A stretch of DNA of 46,428 nt, taken from contig JBGSUG010000018.1 in the NCBI GenBank assembly GCA_041736225.1, positions 1-46,428 of the forward strand. The letters are read 5' to 3'. This document shows, in pieces, positions 1 through 7,927 of this stretch. The translations under genes and the position numbers were made by a program. Numbering within the stretch: the first letter of the stretch is position 1; each line of letters starts with the position of its first letter. This stretch comes from Candidatus Aminicenantales bacterium (GTDB lineage Bacteria > Acidobacteriota > Aminicenantia > Aminicenantales > Saccharicenantaceae). The notes under the pieces are model-generated. The model was not told where the DNA came from. It saw only the letters and a list, made by a program, of their open reading frames with translations, and ran no database searches.

Positions 1-1
1 C

Positions 2-1654
2 GGGAAGGCCCTGATCGACCGGGCCATCGACGCCGCATACGCTTCCGGCGTTCGCGATTTCGTCGTGGTGACGGGCTACGCGGGCGAGGCGGTCGAGCGC
101 CACCTGGCCGCCAAGACCGCCGCGGACGGCCTCTCCATCGCGACCGTTCGAAACGACGAGTGGGAAAAAGAGAACGGGCTTTCGGTCTCCAAGGCCGCGG
201 GCCTGGCCGGCGACCGGTTCTTCCTGATGATGGCCGATCACATCGTCGACCCCAGGCTGCTCGACGGATTGGGCGGCTGCGAGATCGGTGGGGATGAGGT
301 CATCCTGGCTGTCGACACCCGGATCGAGGGCCATCCCCACGTCGACCTCGACGACGTGACCCGGGTCCGCGAAGAGGACGGGCGGATCGACGCCATCGGG
401 AAGAACATCTCCGACGGCAACGCCTTCGACACAGGTGTCTTCCTGTGCACGCCCGCGCTGTTCGAGGGGCTCGCGGAAAGCCAGCGGCAGGGGGATTTCA
501 CCCTCTCCGGCGGTATCCGGGTCCTGGCGGCGAAGGGAAAAGCCAGGACTTGGGGGATCGGCGACCATTTCTGGATCGACGTCGATGACGAAGCCGCGCT
601 GCGGAAAGCAGAGGCGGCCATTGCCGGGGGCCTGGCCGGCCGCCCGCCCGAGGCGGGTTCTTCCCGCTCGGTCTGGAGGCCGTCCCGGCTGCTCCTGGGC
701 GGCGCGGGATTTCTCCTCTTGGCCTATCTCATTCTGAAGATCGGCCTGGGGACGGTCTTGGCCCAATTGGCCCGGTTCGGCCCGTGGTTTTTAGCCACCA
801 TCGCCATTGCCTTCGCCTGGCTCTTCGTCCAGGCCTGCGCCTGGGGCCTGGTCCAGGCCGCCCACTTCCGGCCGGCGCCGTTGCTGCGCCTCTTCCGGGC
901 CAAGATCATCAGCGACTCTCTCAACGCGCTCATCCCCTCGGCCAGCGTTGGAGGCGATGCCGCCCGGGCCTTCCTCATCCGGCGGGACGTGCCTTTGACG
1001 GAAGGCATCCCCGGCGTCCTGGTCGACAAGACGATCGAGTTCTCCTCCGGGGTGCTGTTCCTCGTGACCGGCTTCCTCCTCAGCCTGATTTCCGTCGACC
1101 TGCCCCGGTGGATGAACGTCGCGGCGGCGATCTGCCTCGGCGGGTCGATCGTCGGCGTCGTCCTCCTTGTCCTGTTCCAGCGCAAGGGGGCTTTCTGGGC
1201 GCTGGGCCGCATCGCCAGGATCGTTCCCAGGGTGGGCCTGTTCGCCGTCCGGAAGGAGGCCGGCATCCGCCGGCTCGACGGGAACCTCCGGCTCGTCTAC
1301 GCGAACATCAACGCCCGGACGGCGCTGGCAGCGCTCCTGCACTACGTGTCCCGCTTCCTCGGGGCGGCCGAGATCTTCGTCATCCTGAGGGTCCTCGGAA
1401 CGCCCGCGACGTTCCTGCAGACCGTCTTCATCGCCGCCGGGGTCACCATCGTCAACACGGCCTTCTTCGTCGTCCCGGGTCACGTCGGCGTCATGGAGAG
1501 CGCCCATGTCGTCATCCTCCAGAGCCTGGGCTTCGGCGCGGGGCTGGGCCTCGGCCTGGGCGTCATCCGCAGGCTCCGGAAGTTGGCCACGATGGCGGTC
1601 GGCCTCATCCTGTTCTCGCTGGAAAATGGGAGAAAACGAAAGAGGGGAACATGA
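2..1654 (+). CDS. Fusion protein, 5-prime end cut by the window. N-terminal sugar/alcohol-phosphate nucleotidyltransferase (IPCT/LicC/GlmU-like NTP-transferase fold). C-terminal multi-pass UPF0104 / lysyl-phosphatidylglycerol-synthase-type (flippase-like) membrane domain.
   Basis: The frame is open from nt 2: GKALIDRAIDAAYASGVRDFVVVTGYAGEAVE precedes the tracked start at 65, so the gene starts upstream of the window. N-domain motifs: FVVVTGY, EWEKENGLSVS, FLMMADHI, AFDTGVF, HFWIDVDDEAALRKAE. From about aa 205 there are multiple hydrophobic helices and FRAKIISDSLNALIPSASVGGDAARAFLIRR, typical of the LPG_synthase_TM/UPF0104 family. Stop TGA 1652-1654 overlaps the next ATG. Confidence 0.8.
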   Translation, partial: GKALIDRAIDAAYASGVRDFVVVTGYAGEAVERHLAAKTAADGLSIATVRNDEWEKENGLSVSKAAGLAGDRFFLMMADHIVDPRLLDGLGGCEIGGDEVILAVDTRIEGHPHVDLDDVTRVREEDGRIDAIGKNISDGNAFDTGVFLCTPALFEGLAESQRQGDFTLSGGIRVLAAKGKARTWGIGDHFWIDVDDEAALRKAEAAIAGGLAGRPPEAGSSRSVWRPSRLLLGGAGFLLLAYLILKIGLGTVLAQLARFGPWFLATIAIAFAWLFVQACAWGLVQAAHFRPAPLLRLFRAKIISDSLNALIPSASVGGDAARAFLIRRDVPLTEGIPGVLVDKTIEFSSGVLFLVTGFLLSLISVDLPRWMNVAAAICLGGSIVGVVLLVLFQRKGAFWALGRIARIVPRVGLFAVRKEAGIRRLDGNLRLVYANINARTALAALLHYVSRFLGAAEIFVILRVLGTPATFLQTVFIAAGVTIVNTAFFVVPGHVGVMESAHVVILQSLGFGAGLGLGLGVIRRLRKLATMAVGLILFSLENGRKRKRGT

Positions 1655-3186
1655 AGATTTCCGATCGGTCGATCATCGAAGATCGTGACACGACGGAGAT
1701 TTCGGCTAACATCGACGGATTCCGTCTATGGTACCGGGTCCCGCGATCGTACGCCGTCACGGATTCGGCCGACCCATTCGTCGCGGCGGCCCTGCTCCCA
1801 GCCATGAGGCTGGGGCGAAAGATAGAGATCGACCCGAGTTTGTCCGTGTCCCCAGAACTGCTGGACAACCTTCGAACCCTTCAGGAGATCCACCACACCT
1901 GGAATCCCCTGCTCAAGATCGTCCCCATAGAAACGAGCACCTCTCCGAGCCGGGCCCTTCACAACGGCGTCATGTCGTTTTTCTCGGGCGGGGTCGACAG
2001 CCTGTATACGTTCTTCAAGCGCCAGGAGGAGCTGACGCATCTCGTCTTCATCCAGGGCTTCGATTTCTTCGCGGAGAGCGGGAATTCCGGGGCCCTGACC
2101 GTGGCGGACCTGACGGACCTGTCACAGCTTGCTTTCAAGCTCCTATCGCCGGGGAACGCGGTCTCGGCGTTTCTGAAATCCCGGCTTTCGCAGAAGATCC
2201 TGTCGGACCTGGCCGACTACCGGCTATCGGGGGCGGTTCCGGAGGGCTTGGAAGAGGCCCTGGCCGGGGATCTGAACAGGGTCCTCACGGGAGGCTCGAT
2301 CTGGCAGCACCGGCGTTTCGCCGGGATCACTCTCCGCCCGGACACGCTGGCGCTTTTGAAGGCGGGGCCGCAAACCGAAGACACGATCCAGCTGAATCGG
2401 CGCCTCATCGAAGACGCCTTTCCTCTGGAGATATCGCGTCGGCGCGGCCGGTCCTTCGAGACGGCCGTCGACCGGAACACCAGGTTCGTCGAAGGCGCCG
2501 GGAAGACCCTGATCCCGATGGCGACGAATTACTTCTCCTTTGGCTACCGCTACAATTTGAGCCGGACCCTGACGCAGGGAAATTCCCTGGCGTGCATCGC
2601 CCTGATCCTGGGGTTCCCGCGCGTGTATATCCCGGCTGCCTATTCCTACGGTCAGCTCATCCCGCTGGGGTCCCACCCCTTGACCGACCCCCTGTGGTCG
2701 AACGGGAGCGTTCGGATCGTTCATGACGGGGCCGAAGTCCGTAGGGTGGAAAAGGTCGTGAAGATCGCCCGGAACGGGGATGCTTTGGCGAATCTAAGGG
2801 TCTGTTTCACCGACATGAACGTCAATTGCGGCCGGTGCTCCAAATGCCTGCGGACGATGATCCCCCTCGCCCTGCTCGACGTTCAGGCGGCCCCCTTTCC
2901 CCCTCTGCCCTCACCCGAAAAGCTGAGCCGGATGCGCCTCGCCAACGAGAACGAGCGGAAATATTTCAGGGAGAATTTCGACCCGGCCCTGGGCGTAGCG
3001 CATCCGGAGCTCAGGCGCGCTTTGAGAACCGTCCTAAGGCGGTACGAGCGGCGCCGGCTTATGGAAGACATCGACGCGCAGCTTCTCGGGGGCCTGATCA
3101 AGAAGGCCTACCGACGGATGGCCCGGCCCGGCGAGGAGCGCCACGTCCGGATCGATACGACGCCGCCGGGCCGACGGCCTCTATGA
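1651..3186 (+). CDS. PP-loop (adenine nucleotide alpha-hydrolase superfamily) ATP-pyrophosphatase-like protein of unknown specificity
   Basis: ATG 1651 lies in the frame of the tracked 784..3186 ORF, whose upstream part overlaps gene 1 and is R/P/G-rich junk. SGGVDS PP-loop at nt 1984-2001 (MSFFSGGVDSLYTF). C-terminal NCGRCSKCLRT Cys cluster (Cys codons at 2827, 2836, 2845) resembles the QueC-type CxxCxxC. ATGA overlap with the upstream stop. Confidence 0.75.
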   Translation: MKISDRSIIEDRDTTEISANIDGFRLWYRVPRSYAVTDSADPFVAAALLPAMRLGRKIEIDPSLSVSPELLDNLRTLQEIHHTWNPLLKIVPIETSTSPSRALHNGVMSFFSGGVDSLYTFFKRQEELTHLVFIQGFDFFAESGNSGALTVADLTDLSQLAFKLLSPGNAVSAFLKSRLSQKILSDLADYRLSGAVPEGLEEALAGDLNRVLTGGSIWQHRRFAGITLRPDTLALLKAGPQTEDTIQLNRRLIEDAFPLEISRRRGRSFETAVDRNTRFVEGAGKTLIPMATNYFSFGYRYNLSRTLTQGNSLACIALILGFPRVYIPAAYSYGQLIPLGSHPLTDPLWSNGSVRIVHDGAEVRRVEKVVKIARNGDALANLRVCFTDMNVNCGRCSKCLRTMIPLALLDVQAAPFPPLPSPEKLSRMRLANENERKYFRENFDPALGVAHPELRRALRTVLRRYERRRLMEDIDAQLLGGLIKKAYRRMARPGEERHVRIDTTPPGRRPL

Positions 3187-4425
3187 GCGATCCGTCGGGC
3201 CCCCCAGATCGGCGTAGAGCCTTCGTTGATGCCGGTTCACCAGGAGATCCTCGTCGCCGAACGCCCGGAGGACATCGACGCTTTTGAGCAAGGGCCCCGC
3301 GACCTGTTCGTTGAAGGTGAGATCGGCCGCTCCGTTGATCTCGATGAGGACCGGCTCCCCGGCCTGATCGAGCGCCAGGTCCAGGCCGAGCAGGCGATAG
3401 AAGGGAAAAGCCCTTTGAACATCCGCGGCGAAGGCGGAGAGACGGTCCCACTCCGGGACAGGGCGATCTTCGAAGACGACCCCGGTCGTCGGATGCGCCG
3501 GATACGCGCGGGATCGTTTGTCGTAGGCGAATTTCTTCAGCCTGCCCCCGCGGCAATCGATGCCGACACCGATGCCGCCCGCGCTCCAATTGTCGATGAT
3601 GGCGCCGCCGATGCCGGCCCGCAGCGCGGCGCTGACGATCAGGATATCTCCGTGCCCCGTCAGCATGGTCAGGATGCGGACCGTATTGACCGAGGCGTCC
3701 GAAAATAAGGCCATCCGGCCGTCCTGACGCACGACCTCCTGGACGACTGCCTTTTCTGTAAGGACGAAATCCTCGAGCTCACGGAGGCCCGTGCCCGACC
3801 TGATGCGGATGCGCCGATCCGTCCTCTCCGCCAGGACGATATTCCGTCCCATTTCTCCGAACTGAGGCTTGATGATCACCGCGCCGGCCGCGGAGGCCCG
3901 GAGCCAGGTTTCGATCCGGGCCCGGTAATCGCCGGCGGGATCGATGACGCCGTAGATCAGGGGCGTTCGGATCCCCAGGGCCTTGCAGAGCAGGCCGCAC
4001 AGGTATTTGTCGTTGAAAAGAACGCGGTAGGCCGCCGGCTGGACGGCCTTTCTCAATCGCTTCTGTTGATGGGGATGGTAGTTCGACCCGTAATAATATT
4101 TCCAATCTCCCCGGTCGACCTCCCACAAGCGATAGCGTTCGTAGTGGTCCGGAAAGGTCCTGTACGAGAAAAACAAAACGAGGAGATCGCCGGCCGTCCG
4201 CCATCCGGGGCTCCGCATATCGTTTCGGGACCTGAGACTCGCATAGCAGGGCATCAGCATGAAAAACTGTTTGAGGCGTTCGTAGCGTAGACGCACGCCG
4301 GAGAAGAGACGTTTTTTCAGTTTCCGGTATGTGCCCAGAGATCCGCCCGGCGCAGGCTTCACCGGGGCGGGATCTTTTCTCTCACTCACACGGCCAGGGT
4401 ATCGCGCGTCCCTGAAGGGTGTCAA
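3181..4425 (-). CDS. ATP-grasp ligase, sugar-transfer-associated ATP-grasp (ATPgrasp_ST)-like
   Basis: FNDKYLCGLLCKALGIRTPLIYG, AVIIKPQFGEMGRNIVL and FYRLLGLDLALDQAGEPVLIEINGAADL (E-x-N Mg-ATP region) fit an ATP-grasp fold. Start uncertain: TTG 4425 as tracked, GTG 4392 is an alternative, and neither has a clear SD. The 3-prime end overlaps the convergent PP-loop gene by 6 nt. Confidence 0.75.
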   Translation of the reverse strand: MTPFRDARYPGRVSERKDPAPVKPAPGGSLGTYRKLKKRLFSGVRLRYERLKQFFMLMPCYASLRSRNDMRSPGWRTAGDLLVLFFSYRTFPDHYERYRLWEVDRGDWKYYYGSNYHPHQQKRLRKAVQPAAYRVLFNDKYLCGLLCKALGIRTPLIYGVIDPAGDYRARIETWLRASAAGAVIIKPQFGEMGRNIVLAERTDRRIRIRSGTGLRELEDFVLTEKAVVQEVVRQDGRMALFSDASVNTVRILTMLTGHGDILIVSAALRAGIGGAIIDNWSAGGIGVGIDCRGGRLKKFAYDKRSRAYPAHPTTGVVFEDRPVPEWDRLSAFAADVQRAFPFYRLLGLDLALDQAGEPVLIEINGAADLTFNEQVAGPLLKSVDVLRAFGDEDLLVNRHQRRLYADLGGPTDRS

Positions 4426-4438
4426 GGACTGAGACCGG

Positions 4439-4468
4439 TTGACTCAGATCGGCGACTTGGGGTATCAT
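4439..4468 (+). promoter_or_regulatory. Candidate sigma70-type promoter for the 4554-7879 operon
   Basis: TTGACT (4439-4444), 18-nt spacer, TATCAT (4463-4468). An SD-like GGAG sits 5 nt before ATG 4554. Motif match only. Confidence 0.35.
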
Positions 4469-4553
4469 GCAGCGCGAAGGTAAACGGACCTTAACTGTCG
4501 GCGGACCTTGCGGTTAGGTCGTCCGTTCGGAGCCAATACAGGAAGCGGAGAAA

Positions 4554-5633
4554 ATGGAAGATAAGACTGCGGCCGGCGGGGACAGGACCGGGGCGGGATT
4601 CCCGCTCGCGGGGCCTGACGAGGCCATTCTAGTGACGGGATCGGGCGGTTTCATCGGGGCCCGCGTCGTCGACTCGTTGCTCCGCCGGGGCTTCCGGAAC
4701 ATCCGTTGCTTCGTGCGTCCCGGGAGCGGCAATCCGCTCCTGATGGCCGTTCTGAAGGAGCACTCGGGGCACCGGTGCGAGATCTTCCCCGGGAACCTGC
4801 TCTCGCGCGACGACTGCGCGAAGGCGGCTGCCGGCGTTTCCGTCGTCTATCACCTGGTGGCCGGACGCGGGAAATCTTTCCCCGGCTGCTTCCAGGGATC
4901 GGTCGTCACGACGCGCAACCTGCTGGACGCCGTCGTCGCGGGGAAAGGCCTCAAGCGCTTCGTGAACGTCAGTTCCTTCATCATCTATTCCAATCGGAGA
5001 TTGGCCCAGAATGCGGTCTGGGACGAATCGTGCCCGCTCGAGGACGACCTCGAAAAGCGTTTCGACGCCTATCTTTACGGCAAGTTCAAGCAGGACGAGA
5101 TCGTCCGGGCGTATCACGAGAAATTCGGCGTCCCTTATACCATCGTCTGCCCGGGCATCGTCTTCGGCCCGGGCCGGAAAGCCCTGCCGGGTTCCCTGGG
5201 GCTGGACACGTTCGGCATCTTCATGCGGATCGGCGGGGCCGGCCGGATGCCGCTGACCTACGTGGACAATTGCGCCGACGCGATCGTCCTGGCGGGGCTC
5301 GTTCCGGGCGTCGAGGGAGAGCTCTTCAACGTCATGGACGATCGCTTGCCCAAGAGCCGGAGCTTCCTGAGAAAGTACAAAAAGCGGGTGGGTCGATTCC
5401 GGTCCCTATGGGTCCCTTATCCGCTCACCTACCTGCTCTGCTGGTTTTGGGAGCGATATGCCGCCTGGTCGAAGGGGCAGCTGCCTCCGGTATTCAATCG
5501 CCGCAATTGTGCCTTCTCCTGGAAGGGACACCGCTATTCCAACAGCAAGCTCAAGGACCTCCTCGGCTGGGAATGCCGGGTACCCATGAAGGATGCCCTG
5601 GACCTCTATTTCAGGTATCAGAAAGATGAGTGA
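4554..5633 (+). CDS. NAD(P)-dependent epimerase/dehydratase family protein (extended SDR)
   Basis: Rossmann motif ILVTGSGGFIGARVV near the N-terminus and YxxxK (YLYGKFK). Typical length of 359 aa. Confidence 0.85.
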   Translation: MEDKTAAGGDRTGAGFPLAGPDEAILVTGSGGFIGARVVDSLLRRGFRNIRCFVRPGSGNPLLMAVLKEHSGHRCEIFPGNLLSRDDCAKAAAGVSVVYHLVAGRGKSFPGCFQGSVVTTRNLLDAVVAGKGLKRFVNVSSFIIYSNRRLAQNAVWDESCPLEDDLEKRFDAYLYGKFKQDEIVRAYHEKFGVPYTIVCPGIVFGPGRKALPGSLGLDTFGIFMRIGGAGRMPLTYVDNCADAIVLAGLVPGVEGELFNVMDDRLPKSRSFLRKYKKRVGRFRSLWVPYPLTYLLCWFWERYAAWSKGQLPPVFNRRNCAFSWKGHRYSNSKLKDLLGWECRVPMKDALDLYFRYQKDE

Positions 5634-6744
5634 TCCAAACAAGACGCGGATAGCGATCGTCGGTTGCGGGAATATCGCGGACCAGCATGCTTCCCAGATA
5701 AAGCTGCTGCCGGGCTGCGAGCTCGTCGCCGCTTGCGACACGGATGAGCTGATGGCGGGCCAGCTCGCCGACCGCTTCCATGTTCCCCATATCTTCACGG
5801 ATGCGGGGCGGATGCTCCGGGAAGCCAAGCCGGACGCGGTCCACATCACCACCCCGGCCCAATCGCATTTCCCGCTCGGCCGGATGTGCCTCGAAGCGGG
5901 CTGCCACGTCTACATGGAAAAGCCGTTCGCGGAAACGGCGACCGAGACCGGGGCCCTGCTCCGTCTCGCCCGGGAGAAGAAACGGCGGATCACGGTCGGA
6001 CACAATCTGCAGTTCAATCCCGAGGCCGTTCGTATGCGGGAGCTCGTCCGGTCCGGATTCCTCGGCGGACCGCCCATCCACATGGAAGTGGTCCAATGCT
6101 ATTCCCACGACGATCCCACCTACGGCCGGATCGTGTTGGCGGATCCGAACCACTGGGTCCGCCGCCTGCCCGGCTCGCTGTCCCAGAATCTGATCAGTCA
6201 CGGTATCAGCAAGCTCGCCGAGTTCCTGACCGGGGATGATCCCCGGATCATCTCCCTGAGCTTCAGCAGCCCCTATCTGAGGGGCCTGGGGCTCATTGAT
6301 GTCGTGGACGAGGTCCGCGCGACCATCCAGGACGAGCGGGGGACGACCGCGTTCTTCCTCTTCACCACGCTGTTCGGCGTCGGCAACAACGAGCTGCGCC
6401 TGTACGGAAAGTCGGCGAACCTGGTGCTGGACAATACGAACCGGACCGTCCTCCGCGTCCTGCCTTCGAACTACAAGAGCTATATGCGTTACTTTTTCGC
6501 ACCCTGGACGGACGCCCGGGAGCAGTTGAGGAACTCGTCCCGCAACATGAGGCTCTTTGCCAGGAACGATTTCCATATGGACTACGGCATGAAAAAGCTG
6601 ATGGGGCTTTTCTACGCCGCCGTGCGGGAGGACGGGCCCGATCCCATCCCGGCCGATCAGATCCTGAGGACGGCCAGGATCATGGAGACGATCTTCAGGC
6701 AGATGCCGGGCTCCCGCGTCCCGGACGAGCCGGCGATCCCTTGA
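5626..6744 (+). CDS. Gfo/Idh/MocA family sugar oxidoreductase
   Basis: MSDPNKTRIAIVGCGNIADQH (Rossmann) and MEKPFAET (EKP motif). ATG 5626 is preferred over tracked 5593 because it puts the Rossmann motif at the N-terminus and gives an 8-nt overlap with the upstream stop. Confidence 0.85.
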   Translation: MSDPNKTRIAIVGCGNIADQHASQIKLLPGCELVAACDTDELMAGQLADRFHVPHIFTDAGRMLREAKPDAVHITTPAQSHFPLGRMCLEAGCHVYMEKPFAETATETGALLRLAREKKRRITVGHNLQFNPEAVRMRELVRSGFLGGPPIHMEVVQCYSHDDPTYGRIVLADPNHWVRRLPGSLSQNLISHGISKLAEFLTGDDPRIISLSFSSPYLRGLGLIDVVDEVRATIQDERGTTAFFLFTTLFGVGNNELRLYGKSANLVLDNTNRTVLRVLPSNYKSYMRYFFAPWTDAREQLRNSSRNMRLFARNDFHMDYGMKKLMGLFYAAVREDGPDPIPADQILRTARIMETIFRQMPGSRVPDEPAIP

Positions 6745-6748
6745 AGCC

Positions 6749-7879
6749 GTGAGATACCTCATCCTGAACGACATTCCGACCCCTTGGCGGGAGCCCGTCT
6801 ACGAGCGGGTCCATCGGGCCCTGGCGGGGGACGTCCGGGTGGTCTATTTCAAGGGCAACGAGAAACGGAGGCTCTGGACCTTCCGGCAGGGGAGCCATCC
6901 CAAGACCGTTCTGCGGAGCCTGACGATCTCGATCGGCGGCACGGAACGGTTCTTCAATCCCGGCATCTTGCCGCTGCTCGTCAGGGAGCGCCCCCGCATC
7001 GCTTTGCTCGCTACATGTATCAAGGACCCGACGTTCTGGATGGCGGCGGTCGTCCTCAGGCTCCTCGGGACCAAGATCGCTCTGCTCGAAGACACTTGGT
7101 CCGGCCGCGACCAGGGCATCAATGTTCTGCAGAAGATGGCCAGGCGCGTCGTCTACCGGCGTTTCGGGGACGCTTTCGTGGGCACGAGCCGGCAAGCCCA
7201 AGCACTATACAGGGACTATAATCCGAGCATCAGGCCGGAACAGGAATCTCTGAGTCACCTCGTCGCCGACAACGATTTCTTTCGGGAGCGGCTCGGGGAG
7301 CGGAGATTCGAGCGGCGCTACGACGTGATGTTCTCGGGACGCATCGTCCCGGTGAAGAACCCCGAATTCTTTGCCCGGGTCTGCGCCGGCGTCAAGGCCC
7401 GGCGGGGCCGGTGCCGCGTTTTGATCATCGGGGAGGGCGACGAGGTCCTCAAATCGGCTATGCGGGCCGTGTTCGACGCCCACGGTGTAGACTACGACTT
7501 CGCGGGTTTCATCTCACATGACAACCTGCCCGATTACTACGCCCGAGCGAAGCTGCTGCTGCTGCCCACTTCGGGCGATTGCTGGGGCGTTGTCCTGAAC
7601 GAAGCGATGTTGGCCGGCAGCCCGGTCATCACGACGGACATGACCGCGGCCGCGGGCGAGCTCGTCCTGGACGGGGAGAACGGGCATGTCCTGCCGCTGG
7701 ATGTCGATGCCTGGGTCCGGGCGATCGTCGGCCTGCTCGAGGATACCGGGAAATGGGAACGATTTTCGGCGAGCGCCCGGAGCCGGGTCCGGGAATTCGA
7801 TTTCGATCGGGCCGCAGCAGGGATCCTGCAGGCCTTTCGATATCTGGACGGCGATAGGTCGGCGCCGGCAGCAAATTAG
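6749..7879 (+). CDS. Glycosyltransferase, GT4 (GT-B, Glycos_transf_1) family
   Basis: LLLLPTSGDCWGVVLNEAMLAGSPVITTDMTAAAGELVLDGENGHV carries the E-x7-E region. GTG start lies 5 nt after the upstream stop. Confidence 0.85.
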   Translation: MRYLILNDIPTPWREPVYERVHRALAGDVRVVYFKGNEKRRLWTFRQGSHPKTVLRSLTISIGGTERFFNPGILPLLVRERPRIALLATCIKDPTFWMAAVVLRLLGTKIALLEDTWSGRDQGINVLQKMARRVVYRRFGDAFVGTSRQAQALYRDYNPSIRPEQESLSHLVADNDFFRERLGERRFERRYDVMFSGRIVPVKNPEFFARVCAGVKARRGRCRVLIIGEGDEVLKSAMRAVFDAHGVDYDFAGFISHDNLPDYYARAKLLLLPTSGDCWGVVLNEAMLAGSPVITTDMTAAAGELVLDGENGHVLPLDVDAWVRAIVGLLEDTGKWERFSASARSRVREFDFDRAAAGILQAFRYLDGDRSAPAAN

Positions 7880-7888
7880 CGTCTCACC

Positions 7889-7920
7889 CTGCGGGTTGGC
7901 CTCCCTCGGCCGGCCCGCAG
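7889..7920. terminator. GC-rich hairpin between convergent genes (possible bidirectional terminator, no clear U-tract)
   Basis: CTGCGGG (7889-7895) pairs with CCCGCAG (7914-7920). An inner GGCC/GGCC stem closes on the loop TCCCTC. It lies in the 48-nt gap between stop 7879 (+) and stop 7928 (-). Confidence 0.35.
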
Positions 7921-7927
7921 CTGTCGC

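Noticed and set aside
784-1650. The 5-prime part of the tracked 800-aa ORF 784..3186
   Set aside because: This part lies entirely inside gene 2-1654 in another frame and translates to R/P/G/A-rich sequence with no motifs. The credible protein begins at ATG 1651, which forms an ATGA overlap with the upstream stop.
5611-6774. 387-aa minus-strand ORF
   Set aside because: This is a shadow ORF antisense to the Gfo/Idh/MocA gene, whose Rossmann and EKP motifs are clear. The composition is R/G/P/D-rich and poor in K, N, F and Y, as expected for the GC3-rich antisense frame.
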